DNA of 64,000 nt, from assembly GCA_035479015.1 (NCBI GenBank), contig DATIJC010000020.1:4365-68364 (forward strand), written 5' to 3'. This document shows positions 1 to 8,957 of this stretch, piece after piece. Within the stretch, counting starts at the first letter, position 1. Every line of letters begins with the position of its first letter. Source of the stretch: Patescibacteria group bacterium (GTDB lineage: Bacteria; Patescibacteriota; Microgenomatia; UBA1400; UBA12028). The position numbers and the translations under genes were made by a program. The notes under the pieces were generated by a model. The model did no database searches. It saw nothing but the letters and a program-made list of their open reading frames with translations, and was not told where the DNA came from.

Positions 1-135
1 GTACGGCCTAGATGAGAGCGCCTGTTCTTGAGCTCTGCGCATCTTACTGGCTGCCACCATTTCCATCGCCTTGGTAATCTTGGCGATGTTGGTCGCTGAC
101 TTTATTCTGGATTTAATCAGTCTTGCTTGCGCCAT
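1..135 (-). CDS. atpG: ATP synthase F1 gamma subunit, N-terminal part only (gene runs off window start)
   Basis: Reverse-complement of 1-135 translates from ATG at 135 as [45 protein letters not shown], matching the canonical AtpG N-terminus ([14 protein letters not shown]). Not in the ORF track because it is truncated by the window edge. Confidence 0.8.
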   Translation of the reverse strand, partial: MAQARLIKSRIKSATNIAKITKAMEMVAASKMRRAQEQALSSRPY

Positions 136-424
136 CAGAATCTCTCCGAATTGTTTTTGCTAGTATATTGTCAATAACCTCATAGCCAGGCGTTATTACA
201 GATCGAATTCCGCCGTGGTGGGCCGCCCTACTAACTACCTCAATGAGTGTTGCACTCGGTAAGTCAAAATAGTTGTTTCTCTTTGCAAACAGGTACCCTA
301 CATGTAGTAAAACTAATATTGGATCATCCGTGGTCAGACGATCCAGATCAAGCTCTTGCTGTCCTGTTACGACTTCACCATTAATCACCAGTTCAATTTC
401 AAAACTTGTCATACGCCTTGTCAT
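113..424 (-). CDS. hypothetical small protein (103 aa, possibly starting at second Met, codon 5) lying between atpA and atpG
   Basis: Open frame directly downstream of hairpin-doublet element copy 1. It overlaps the atpG start by 23 nt in another frame. No motif recognised. Confidence 0.35.
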   Translation of the reverse strand: MTRRMTSFEIELVINGEVVTGQQELDLDRLTTDDPILVLLHVGYLFAKRNNYFDLPSATLIEVVSRAAHHGGIRSVITPGYEVIDNILAKTIRRDSDGASKTD

Positions 425-512
425 TCCTGCGTAGGCAGGAATCCAGTCAATAAGTAAAATTCAATAATGTATTATTTGTTGTCTGGATACTTGCCTACGC
501 AAGTATGACATT
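417..512. repeat. two-hairpin TGTCAT...ATGACA element, copy 1 (hairpin attcctgc-GTAG-gcaggaat at 421-444; AT-rich 38-nt spacer; hairpin tacttgc-CTAC-gcaagta at 488-505)
   Basis: Seen directly. The left 26 nt are 25/26 identical to 11274-11299. The overall architecture is shared with 11272-11367 and 61770-61876. Confidence 0.65.
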
Positions 513-513
513 C

Positions 514-2016
514 CTATTCCTGTTCGATCTGTAGATCTTTGTGCAATTCATTGAATTTTTCGATCAAATTTTTCAAATCTTTTTCAATGTCTTCAGTTAA
601 TTTTTGTTCTTTCAAAATCGCGTCATAAACTTTCTTGCCACTTGTATCCATATATTCAAGGAAAAGCTCTTCCCATTTGCCGACATTTTCTTTTTTAACT
701 GTGTCAATGTGGCCACGGGTACCAGCATAAATCACAGCAATCTGCTCGGTGACTTCCATGGGTCTATCCCAAGCTTGTTTCAAAAGTTCGGTGAGCCGTT
801 GTCCCCGGTCAATGCGTGCTTTAGTCTTGGCATCCAAGTCACTGGAGAACTGTGCAAAGGCTTCAAGCTCGCGGAATTGTGCGAGATCTAGTTTCATAGT
901 GCCGGCAACTTGTTTCATTGCTTTGATTTGTGCGCTGCCACCCACACGTGAGACGGAAAGTCCTACGTTAATAGCTGGTTTGATTCCGGCGTTAAATAGG
1001 CCTGATTCCAAATAAATTTGACCATCTGTGATGGAGATGACATTGGTCGGAATGTATGCTGAGACGTCATTTGCCTGTGTCTCGATGATCGGCAATGCGG
1101 TGATGGATCCACCACCATGCTTTTCATCCAAACGGCACGATCTCTCAAGTAGTCGGCTGTGCAAGTAGAAAACATCCCCCGGATACGCTTCGCGGCCAGA
1201 GGGGCGCCGGAGTAGCAGTGAGATCTCACGGTAAGCAACGGCATGTTTAGACAGATCATCGTATACGATCAAAACATCTTTCCCTTTGTCCATGAAATAC
1301 TCAGCGATAGAGGATCCAGCGTAAGGAGCCAAGTACTGCATAGAAGCAGGATCTGATGCACTGGCGTTTAGTACCACGGTGTACTCAGTTGCACCAAAGT
1401 GCTCAAGTTGCGCCATGGTTTGGGCCAGATACGCTTCTTTTTGACCGACGGCGACATATACACAGATGACATTCTTGCCTTTTTGGTTGACGATGGTGGT
1501 GAGAGCAATTGCGGATTTACCGGTACCACGGTCACCAATGATGAGTTCGCGCTGACCACGTCCGATCGGGATCATAGCGTCAACCGCTTTAATACCAGTC
1601 TGAAGTGGCACGGTCACGGATTTACGTGACATGACGCCGGGGGCTATTTTTTCCAACGGTTCCCACTTCTCTATTTCAAAAGCTGGTTTGCCATCGAGAG
1701 TCTTTCCCAATGTATTGACCACACGACCCAGGATTCCATCACCCACACCCACAGACATGATGCGTCCGGTGGTGCGTACGTCCTGGCCGGCAGTAATACC
1801 TTTTCCATCAGCGAGCAGAATAACGCCGATTTCAGTTTTACCTAAGTTGAGCGCCAATCCTTCCTGACCGTTGGAAAATTCGACAATTTCTCCCATCATG
1901 ACATCAGAAAGCCCGGAGACTTTGGCGATTCCGTCACCAAATGTCAGTACTTTGCCAATAGAAACTGGCTTGTTGCTAAACTCAATGGTTGAAATGGAAT
2001 CTAAGAGTGATTTCAT
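514..2016 (-). CDS. atpA: ATP synthase F1 alpha subunit
   Basis: 500 aa with Walker A GDRGTGKS and conserved alpha-subunit blocks along its length. Confidence 0.95.
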   Translation of the reverse strand: MKSLLDSISTIEFSNKPVSIGKVLTFGDGIAKVSGLSDVMMGEIVEFSNGQEGLALNLGKTEIGVILLADGKGITAGQDVRTTGRIMSVGVGDGILGRVVNTLGKTLDGKPAFEIEKWEPLEKIAPGVMSRKSVTVPLQTGIKAVDAMIPIGRGQRELIIGDRGTGKSAIALTTIVNQKGKNVICVYVAVGQKEAYLAQTMAQLEHFGATEYTVVLNASASDPASMQYLAPYAGSSIAEYFMDKGKDVLIVYDDLSKHAVAYREISLLLRRPSGREAYPGDVFYLHSRLLERSCRLDEKHGGGSITALPIIETQANDVSAYIPTNVISITDGQIYLESGLFNAGIKPAINVGLSVSRVGGSAQIKAMKQVAGTMKLDLAQFRELEAFAQFSSDLDAKTKARIDRGQRLTELLKQAWDRPMEVTEQIAVIYAGTRGHIDTVKKENVGKWEELFLEYMDTSGKKVYDAILKEQKLTEDIEKDLKNLIEKFNELHKDLQIEQE

Positions 2017-2018
2017 AA

Positions 2019-2231
2019 TTACAAAAGTTTCTCAATTTGTGACAAGCGTCCGCGCACTGATAAATCAATACGCTCTGATCCGTTTATTGTGACTCGTAGT
2101 CCACCGATCAGATCGTTGTCGACCTTAAAATCAGCAGAAATATCATTGCCAAATTTCTTATTCAAGACTGCAAGGATCTTTTCTTCTTGTTCTTTTTCTA
2201 GTTTTACGGCTGATTCAATTAATATGTTCAT
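2019..2231 (-). CDS. atpH: ATP synthase delta subunit, C-terminal domain fragment (70 aa)
   Basis: ...[37 protein letters not shown] matches the delta C-terminus (compare E. coli VIDGSVRGRLERL). A TGA stop lies in-frame immediately upstream. Confidence 0.7.
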   Translation of the reverse strand: MNILIESAVKLEKEQEEKILAVLNKKFGNDISADFKVDNDLIGGLRVTINGSERIDLSVRGRLSQIEKLL

Positions 2232-2485
2232 AAAACTTCATCTCTTATGCGCCTTGCAAGCACTCTTGCTTGGTCGGTTCCAACCCGGTTTTCTAAAGTG
2301 TACCAATTCTCTATCAGAGGTGTAGCGCACTGCATACCTCGGCGGAAGAAATGTATAAGTGACAGTACTAACGAGACAATTATTCTTTGTTCGCCTGGAT
2401 CTATCGTCACAGATTCCACTCTTCTTCTAACTCGCTGCAGCTCTTCCACTGCATCTCTTGGTCCAATAAATACATCTTGAAGCAT
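2228..2485 (-). CDS. atpH: ATP synthase delta subunit, N-terminal domain fragment (85 aa); its stop overlaps the start of the C-terminal fragment in an ATGA arrangement
   Basis: Position is between atpF and atpA. DAVEELQRV and DPGEQRIIVSLVL resemble the delta N-domain (LDAVEEEL, NPSVSAEEKKALL). Frame is -1 relative to 2019-2231. Confidence 0.5.
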   Translation of the reverse strand: MLQDVFIGPRDAVEELQRVRRRVESVTIDPGEQRIIVSLVLSLIHFFRRGMQCATPLIENWYTLENRVGTDQARVLARRIRDEVL

Positions 2486-2488
2486 ACT

Positions 2489-2980
2489 TTATGCTAATGC
2501 CTTCTCTAGATCCTTTACGGCCGCTTCGACTAATTTGCTCTGTGCTTTTTTGTCAGACAGCTCGCTGCCCAAAATCTTTTCTGCCACAGCAACTGCAGTT
2601 TTACTTACCCGGCTTTCCAGCTCGGCCTTCATGCCGGCAAGTTCTGACTGCCATTTCTCCATCTCATTCTCACGAACTTGCTTCATCTCTTCTTTGACTT
2701 CTTTGGAGAGTTTGACTTTGAGCTGTTTGGCTTCATCACGTGCTACTTCCAAGAATTTGCTCGCCTCTTTCTCAGATTGAGATTTTGCTTTTTTCTTGAG
2801 TGTTTCGATTTCCTCTTTTTCACGGATTGAGACCTCAGCAGCGTGTTGTCCCTCCTCTACTTTGGCTCGTCTGTCATCTAAAACTTTAAGTATTGGCTTG
2901 TAGAGGAATTTAACCAACACAGCGAAGATGACGCCGAAATTAATCACTTGAAAAAGGATTTGTAGTCCATTGATTTCCAT
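2489..2980 (-). CDS. atpF: ATP synthase Fo b subunit
   Basis: 163 aa with an N-terminal TM helix followed by a long charged coiled-coil. Operon position between atpE and atpH. Confidence 0.85.
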   Translation of the reverse strand: MEINGLQILFQVINFGVIFAVLVKFLYKPILKVLDDRRAKVEEGQHAAEVSIREKEEIETLKKKAKSQSEKEASKFLEVARDEAKQLKVKLSKEVKEEMKQVRENEMEKWQSELAGMKAELESRVSKTAVAVAEKILGSELSDKKAQSKLVEAAVKDLEKALA

Positions 2981-2989
2981 AAATATCCT

Positions 2990-3235
<246 letters not shown>

Positions 3236-3997
3236 TTAATGTTCTTCCCCACCATGACCTACAGTAGCCAGGTTGAAAAAGACAAGTGAAAGCATAGCGA
3301 ATACCAGTGCTTGAATGACGCCTACAAACAATTCCAGACCATAAAACGGCATAGGAATAATTACAGGCACAAGGAATGTCATCACAGCAAGCAGCACTTC
3401 TCCGGCGAAAACGTTACCAAATAAACGGAAACCGAACGACATCACCTTTGCTAACTCCAGGATAAACTCCAAGATTCCCACAAATGCGTTCATTGGGTTT
3501 GAAAAATTAAAATATTTTTTTAAATAAGATAGCCCTAGTGCGCTCAGGCCAAAATATTGAGTTACCACGACACTCACAAGTGCGAGCGCAATAGTTGTAT
3601 TAAGGTCTGCGGTGCCCGCCCGCATATACGGAACAAATTCACTTACTCCTTCTTTGATTTCACGGAAACCGATCGCACCAACTCCAGGGAGTAAGCCAAA
3701 CCAGTTATTGAACAAAATGAAAAGGAAGAATGTCGCAATGAGTGGAAAAAAAAGAGCAGTCTTTTGACGACTGCCGGTGATATCGAGCGTTAAGTTGTAG
3801 AGACTCTCAATAATCATTTCCATCATTGCTTGAAAGCGGCTGGGTTTACCCTTTGCTTTCAGTTTCGCATGGACGGTGAGAGCCAAAATGACAAGAAGTA
3901 CGGAAACGACCAGACTAGTAAAGATAGAATTGCTTACAGCAAGCGGACCCACATGGGCAATTGTTTCGGCGGAGATCGAGATATGTAATGCGGACAT
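3236..3997 (-). CDS. atpB: ATP synthase Fo a subunit. The start is probably Met25 of the track ORF (ATG at 3997), because a promoter-like site lies inside the 24-codon upstream extension.
   Basis: GNVFAGEVLL motif, multi-TM protein, first gene of the operon. Confidence 0.85.
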   Translation of the reverse strand: MSALHISISAETIAHVGPLAVSNSIFTSLVVSVLLVILALTVHAKLKAKGKPSRFQAMMEMIIESLYNLTLDITGSRQKTALFFPLIATFFLFILFNNWFGLLPGVGAIGFREIKEGVSEFVPYMRAGTADLNTTIALALVSVVVTQYFGLSALGLSYLKKYFNFSNPMNAFVGILEFILELAKVMSFGFRLFGNVFAGEVLLAVMTFLVPVIIPMPFYGLELFVGVIQALVFAMLSLVFFNLATVGHGGEEH

Positions 3998-4041
3998 ATG
4001 TGACCTGTAAACGCCAGTACTTTTCCGGTGCTTACTGTAGT

Positions 4042-4069
4042 AGTATACCCCTAAATTTTTTAGCCGCAA
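4042..4069 (-). promoter_or_regulatory. candidate sigma70-type promoter for the atp operon (TTGCGG-16nt-TATACT on the minus strand)
   Basis: Seen in sequence: -35 at 4069-4064 and -10 at 4047-4042, about 45 nt upstream of the atpB Met25. Confidence 0.35.
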
Positions 4070-4092
4070 GATAGCACTTGAGAGGATTTCTG

Positions 4093-4122
4093 GTTGAAAT
4101 GAGTAAATTCTTGTTGCTACAA
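4093..4122 (+). promoter_or_regulatory. candidate divergent promoter (TTGAAA-18nt-TACAAT) for the 4129 lipoprotein gene, possibly giving a leaderless mRNA
   Basis: The -10 ends 6 nt before the ATG at 4129. Confidence 0.3.
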
Positions 4123-4128
4123 TGAGAA

Positions 4129-5235
4129 ATGCCTCTCAGAGCCCGTGCCGTCTATCTTGCCCTCGCCAGCACGCTGCTCTTTTCAGCGTGTACGCAAAAC
4201 GGTCAAGTAGCTACGCTGGAACAAAAACCTTCGCTCCTGCAAGCATTGATCTCCACCGCCACGAAATCAGGTGCAACTCCAGTTCCAGAAAAATTACCTG
4301 CATACAAGAGTCCAGGACGTGAGTTTTCATTACCAGGTGCTAAATGGGTGCCTCAGAGTTACAACAACTGCGCGCCTGCCACTACATCTATGATCCTTCA
4401 GTACTTTGGTCATAGTGTCAGTCAAGTTGAGACCAAACAGGCTTTGCGAACTACCTCAGGTGATAAAAATGTATTTACTCCGGAAATTCAAACATATTTA
4501 AAAAATACCTATAACTTAGAGTCCAAGCTTGGATTTGGGGGCGATTTGCAAATGCTTAAAACGTTGTTTACGAACGGTTTTTATGTGATGGTAGAAGATT
4601 GGTTACATCCTGGTGAAGACATCGGACATAATACAATTATCCGGGGATTTGATGACGATAGGCAAGTGGTGATTTCCGATGACTCATTTATTGGCGCAGG
4701 AGTCACTTTTCCCTACGATGTTTTCGTAAATAATCAATGGAAGGCCTTTAACCGCGAATACTTGATCGTCTATACCAAGGATAAAGAGCCTCTGCTCAAA
4801 GCAATACTTGCCAGCCGCTTTGATGACAAGGCCATGTGGCAGCATGCGATCGATATCAATACGAGTGAGACAAAGAGTGCTCCAAACGATATGTATGCGT
4901 GGTTTAATCTCGGCAGTAGTTATTATGGGGCGGGAAGTTTCTCACAAGCAAAAACTGCCTTTGATAAAGCGAAAGCTATCGGGTGGCCCCGTCGTATGTT
5001 GTGGTACCAAATCCAGCCGATTCAAACTTACAACAAGGTTGGTGAATATCAAAAAGCGCTTGATTTAATTGCCGAAGGCCTGGCTGGTAATCAAGAATTT
5101 GCGGAGTTGCATTATGAGGCAGCTGTTGCCTATAAAGGACTTGGTCAGCTTGACCGAGCGCGTAGCGAAGTTCAATTAGCTCTTAGCTTTGCTCCCAAAT
5201 ATGCACCAGCGCTAGTTTTATCAAAACAGCTCTAA
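4129..5235 (+). CDS. lipoprotein with a peptidase C39-like (papain-fold) domain and C-terminal TPR repeats
   Basis: Lipobox LLFSAC. The motif Q..NNCAPATTSMILQYFGH matches the C39-like Cys block. TPR-like helices AWFNLGSSYYGAGSFSQAKTAFDKA and YEAAVAYKGLGQLDRARSEVQLAL. Confidence 0.65.
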   Translation: MPLRARAVYLALASTLLFSACTQNGQVATLEQKPSLLQALISTATKSGATPVPEKLPAYKSPGREFSLPGAKWVPQSYNNCAPATTSMILQYFGHSVSQVETKQALRTTSGDKNVFTPEIQTYLKNTYNLESKLGFGGDLQMLKTLFTNGFYVMVEDWLHPGEDIGHNTIIRGFDDDRQVVISDDSFIGAGVTFPYDVFVNNQWKAFNREYLIVYTKDKEPLLKAILASRFDDKAMWQHAIDINTSETKSAPNDMYAWFNLGSSYYGAGSFSQAKTAFDKAKAIGWPRRMLWYQIQPIQTYNKVGEYQKALDLIAEGLAGNQEFAELHYEAAVAYKGLGQLDRARSEVQLALSFAPKYAPALVLSKQL

Positions 5236-5489
5236 TTTTGAATAATTCTTTCTAAAAAAGAAGTAAGTTCGATATCTACGCCAGTTCCCCGCTCTTGGCG
5301 GGCGACATACAGCATGTGGATTTGGCCGTTCTTGATACTGCCCACTCCCACAATCTTCTTGCCGATCTTGGCTACATAGATATTTTCGCGTCCGGCAAAC
5401 CATAACACATTGGGGACATTGTATTCAGGTGTGCCGATGAGGCTTGATACAGCCTCGGCGTCTTCCAGCTCAAATGCACGTATTTTCAT
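5232..5489 (-). CDS. short GNAT-like acetyltransferase domain protein (85 aa)
   Basis: MKIRAFELEDAEAVSSLI...GVGSI...HMLYVARQERGTGVD resembles GNAT motif A. It is unusually short. Confidence 0.35.
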   Translation of the reverse strand: MKIRAFELEDAEAVSSLIGTPEYNVPNVLWFAGRENIYVAKIGKKIVGVGSIKNGQIHMLYVARQERGTGVDIELTSFLERIIQN

Positions 5490-5491
5490 AG

Positions 5492-5908
5492 TTACTCTTC
5501 AAATACCCAGATCTTTTTATTCATTTGAACGAGGTCTGTAAACTTACCGACAAAACGGGTAGCCTTGACTGTCCGGTCATCAATCCAGTGGTAATTTCCC
5601 CCACGTGGTTTGCCAAACATGATCCCATGATACTTGAAACCATGATCAGCAAGCCATCTCTCTGTATTTGGCCGGTGCTCTTCGATCCTGGAAGTAAAAA
5701 AAGTGATGACATGCCCCTGGTCGTACCAGTTGTTTATTTTCTCTTTGGCTCCGGGAATCTCATCTGCTGTGAGCATACGCTCCGGTTCTTCATTTGGTAC
5801 GTCTTCACAAATAGTGCCGTCAATGTCGATCAGGAAGTTTTTGATTCCGTCAGGTAATGAAGGGCTTAGGCGTTTACCATTTGCGTCTACTTTGGCTGTG
5901 AGTTTCAT
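5492..5908 (-). CDS. HAD-superfamily phosphatase (subfamily III-like)
   Basis: Motif I LIDIDGTI, a capless architecture, and a KPRGG block. Confidence 0.55.
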   Translation of the reverse strand: MKLTAKVDANGKRLSPSLPDGIKNFLIDIDGTICEDVPNEEPERMLTADEIPGAKEKINNWYDQGHVITFFTSRIEEHRPNTERWLADHGFKYHGIMFGKPRGGNYHWIDDRTVKATRFVGKFTDLVQMNKKIWVFEE

Positions 5909-5993
5909 GGGGATAAGTGTAACACGGGCAACTTGCCAGGGGTAAGTGCTACCGTACTCGATTTGAGAATGATATACTATAGTGTCGAAATTT

Positions 5994-6065
5994 GAGTCCG
6001 TAGCTCAGTGGTAGAGCAGGAGCCTTTTAAGCTCTGTGTCGTGGGTTCGATCCCCACCGGACTCA
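5994..6065 (+). tRNA. tRNA-Lys (anticodon TTT)
   Basis: Cloverleaf folded by hand: acceptor GAGTCCG/CGGACTC, anticodon loop CTTTTAA, T-arm GTGGGTTCGATCCCCAC. Confidence 0.85.
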
Positions 6066-6070
6066 CTAGT

Positions 6071-6144
6071 GGCCCCATCGTCTAGCGGCCTTGGACGCTT
6101 GGTTTTCATCCAAGAAATCGTGGGTTCGAATCCCACTGGGGTCA
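6071..6144 (+). tRNA. tRNA-Glu (anticodon TTC)
   Basis: Acceptor GGCCCCA/TGGGGTC, D-arm GTCTAGCGGCCTTGGAC as in E. coli tRNA-Glu, anticodon loop TTTTCAT. Confidence 0.85.
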
Positions 6145-6186
6145 CATGCAGAAAATATAGGCCTAGGGTGATATAATATAGGCCTG

Positions 6187-7296
6187 ATGATATACATATA
6201 TCTGCCGGCTGTTCCAGCTGAGCCTATTGGGGGTATCCAGACCCTGTTTGACTATGCCAACACGCTCAATGGGATGTCGGGCAAGACAATTGCCACCATT
6301 GTCAGCAAAGTCAACTATATACGTCAAATTCTCCCGAGATCCTATCCATTAGTTCCGGTCCTCTATAAAGAACCTGAGCTAGTTACCAGTGACATTTTAG
6401 TTTTCCCAGAGGTTCTGCTTGAGAGTGTCGATAAGTACCCAACAGAGAATAAAAAGTATTTAGCAGTTTTAAACTGGCAGTACTTTGAGTTTTATACAAA
6501 ACGTCTCAAGCGCCCAATGCCAAGGATTGAAGGTATATTAACCAATAGCCAGTTCGCCAAAGACAAAATCGAGAAAGTTGTAGACGTACCAGTGTTTGCC
6601 ATTCCCCACATTATCGACGCTAATTTCTCAGTCAAGAATTCGTTTGCCAAACGTGAGCCAAATTCAATCCTTATTTTAAATCGCAAAAACACTCATCACA
6701 TCGGCAAAATCTTATCATTCCTCCAAGCCCTGCCGCACAAAGTTACAATTGTGAACAACGTGACTCCAACAAAGTTGGCAAAGTTGTATAACGAGCATCA
6801 GATCTTCATTAGTTTAGGCTACCCTGAAGGATTTGGTCGCCCAGCTGCAGAGGCAATGGCCTGTGGATGTGTTGTAGTTGGTTTTACTGGGGGTGGAGGC
6901 AGTGACTTCATGAGTGACGGTTTTAACAGCTTTACGGCAAAAGATAGCAACGAGGACGAGTTATTGCAAAAATTGTCACACGTTCTTCACAGATTAAACA
7001 TTCAACAGAAATCAGACATTTCTGCCCTGGCCGCACACACTATTAAGTCCCGCTATAACCCAAAAACACAGTCTAATGTAATTGGTGCAATTTTTGCCAA
7101 AGATGTGGGCAAGACAATAAAAATACTAAAGACCGCGAAGAGTAAGGCGGTTACCCCACTATACGCGGCCAGCTCAAAAGAGACACTAGAGATATCACTG
7201 TTTCATGAGCGGCAAAAATACCAGGATATTGTCTCGTCCAAGTACTTTAAGATTTGGCAGTCACTGAGTTCACTGCGAAGCATAATCCCAAACTAA
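6187..7296 (+). CDS. glycosyltransferase family 1 (GT4-like)
   Basis: EGFGRPAAEAMACGCVVVG matches the GT4 EX7E region. Confidence 0.7.
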   Translation: MIYIYLPAVPAEPIGGIQTLFDYANTLNGMSGKTIATIVSKVNYIRQILPRSYPLVPVLYKEPELVTSDILVFPEVLLESVDKYPTENKKYLAVLNWQYFEFYTKRLKRPMPRIEGILTNSQFAKDKIEKVVDVPVFAIPHIIDANFSVKNSFAKREPNSILILNRKNTHHIGKILSFLQALPHKVTIVNNVTPTKLAKLYNEHQIFISLGYPEGFGRPAAEAMACGCVVVGFTGGGGSDFMSDGFNSFTAKDSNEDELLQKLSHVLHRLNIQQKSDISALAAHTIKSRYNPKTQSNVIGAIFAKDVGKTIKILKTAKSKAVTPLYAASSKETLEISLFHERQKYQDIVSSKYFKIWQSLSSLRSIIPN

Positions 7297-7300
7297 CGGA

Positions 7301-7331
7301 AAAAAACAGGGGGTTGCCCCCCTGTTTTCAA
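7301..7331. terminator. bidirectional intrinsic terminator (12-bp stem AAAAACAGGGGG/CCCCCTGTTTTT, loop TTGC) between convergent genes
   Basis: Perfect hairpin with an A-run on one side and a T-run on the other. An identical 27-nt core occurs at 8106-8132. Confidence 0.7.
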
Positions 7332-7349
7332 GTTTTCCCAAAACACCAA

Positions 7350-7982
7350 TTAGTCACCTACAGTGAAATAGGCATAGGGAGTATTGCTACTAGCTCGCGA
7401 TGATCTCCATGCAACCGCGTCTGTACTGCCATCTTTAACGATAACAGTCAAGATGCCACTGTTATATGCACAGGCATTGCTAATGCTATCAAGTAGGCTA
7501 AAAGTTGTCCAATCATTTACAGAATCTTCCTGCGTAGACAGAGTCGGATAATCTGTCAGTAGTATTGGATTGCTATTTATTGTTCTAATTGCTGGCATGT
7601 TGTTCCAAGTAACGCCAGTCTCTGTCCATGTTGAAGTTTCACCCAACCAAGCATTGTGTCCACCATCTGAAACTGCATCAACTTTCATGTACATACTGCC
7701 GCCTGGAGTTCCTACATACTGCGTACATGGATTATTTCCATCCGTATCTACTGCGCTTGTCAAATCGAATTTCAGAAGAGAATAATTTTGTTCAGTATCA
7801 TTCTGCGACCAAAGCCGAACTGAGGTACCATAGTTAGTATTTGGATGCGCACTAGACACGTACGTATCGGCAATTGGATATATTGGGCCCACCGATTGGT
7901 CCAATGCCTGTACCAGTCCTGGCGTCATTGCAAATGCAAGCGCAGAAATCGTCGCTGCTATCGAATACTTTTTACCAATCAT
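7350..7982 (-). CDS. secreted protein, DNRLRE/CBM96-like domain, paralog 1
   Basis: Signal peptide. PIADTYVSSAHPNTNYG...LLKFDL...ETSTWTETGVTWNNMP is the hallmark pattern of that family. This is recalled knowledge, not a search result. Confidence 0.6.
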   Translation of the reverse strand: MIGKKYSIAATISALAFAMTPGLVQALDQSVGPIYPIADTYVSSAHPNTNYGTSVRLWSQNDTEQNYSLLKFDLTSAVDTDGNNPCTQYVGTPGGSMYMKVDAVSDGGHNAWLGETSTWTETGVTWNNMPAIRTINSNPILLTDYPTLSTQEDSVNDWTTFSLLDSISNACAYNSGILTVIVKDGSTDAVAWRSSRASSNTPYAYFTVGD

Positions 7983-8102
7983 AGGCCTCCTTCAGGCTAC
8001 GCTTTTCTATTAGAATTTAGTATACGGTCATCTCCGGTTAGCGGGTCAATGCACAGTTCATTTCGTGATGGTATTATTCAGACTGTGTTCAGTTTAGTTA
8101 CC

Positions 8103-8135
8103 AAAAAAAACAGGGGGTTGCCCCCCTGTTTAAGT
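8103..8135 (-). terminator. intrinsic terminator downstream of paralog 2, the same hairpin as 7301-7331 followed by T8 on the minus strand
   Basis: Seen in sequence. Confidence 0.7.
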
Positions 8136-8158
8136 AGTCTACAGAATATAGAAATTTG

Positions 8159-8797
8159 TTAGTTTCCTACGTCAAAATATGCATACGGTTTTTCGCTCGA
8201 TGCATCATTTGACTTCCAGGCTATTGCATTCGCTCCGCCATCCTTGACGATCATGGTCAAAATCCCACTGTTATAGGTACATGCACTAGTAAAATCACCT
8301 GACAGGGCTATGTGAGTCCAGTCATTGACAGAGTCTTCTGATGTGGAGGCAGTCGGATTGTCTGAAAGAAGTACTGGACTACCGTCATTTGAAGGGTAGT
8401 CATAGTTACGCACGGCTGGCATGTTATTGCACGTTACTCCTGATTCAGTCCACGTAGAAGTCTCGCCAAGATACACTTGATGTCCCCCATTCGATACTTC
8501 GTCCACTTTCATAACGAGCTCTCCATCAGAACCACCATTGGTGCAGGGAGTGGCACTAGTTCCAGGTTTAATAACCTGAGTTAGATCAAATTTCAAAATT
8601 GAGTAGTTTTGCTCGGTATCATTTTGTACCCAAAGCCTCGACGAAGTACCATAATTGGTACTGGGGTGCGCGCTCGACACATAGGTTGCCGCAGTTGGAT
8701 ACACTGGCCCTACACTAGTAGCCATCGCTAAACTAGGCACCGCCAAGAATGAAAAGGCAGATACTGTTAGCACACATAGTTTCGTTTTACTGCTCAT
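8159..8797 (-). CDS. secreted protein, DNRLRE/CBM96-like domain, paralog 2 (a tandem duplicate of 7350-7982)
   Basis: Roughly 55-60 percent identical to paralog 1 across its full length. Signal peptide present. Confidence 0.6.
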   Translation of the reverse strand: MSSKTKLCVLTVSAFSFLAVPSLAMATSVGPVYPTAATYVSSAHPSTNYGTSSRLWVQNDTEQNYSILKFDLTQVIKPGTSATPCTNGGSDGELVMKVDEVSNGGHQVYLGETSTWTESGVTCNNMPAVRNYDYPSNDGSPVLLSDNPTASTSEDSVNDWTHIALSGDFTSACTYNSGILTMIVKDGGANAIAWKSNDASSEKPYAYFDVGN

Positions 8798-8882
8798 GCT
8801 CCTCCTTTTAGATTTTCCTAACTTTCAGACTTCAGTATACATTCAGTAATACATAAACTGTCAATACATAAAAAGTTTCGCC

Positions 8883-8906
8883 TAATAAAACAGGGGGTTG
8901 CCCTCT
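8883..8906. repeat. degenerate third copy of the CAGGGGGTTGCCC terminator hairpin
   Basis: ACAGGGGGTTGCCCTCTGA has one stem mismatch. It is probably a remnant of a third duplication unit. Confidence 0.3.
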
Positions 8907-8957
8907 GACAAAATTTAGATTTGACCCGAAGGGGTAGAATTTGCCATACTACACACA

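Noticed and set aside
604-1867. Plus-strand ORFs (604-891, 749-1015, 1399-1629, 1631-1867 and the like) inside atpA
   Set aside because: They are antisense to a confidently identified, highly conserved gene and have no motifs. These are the frame-shadow ORFs expected opposite a real coding gene.
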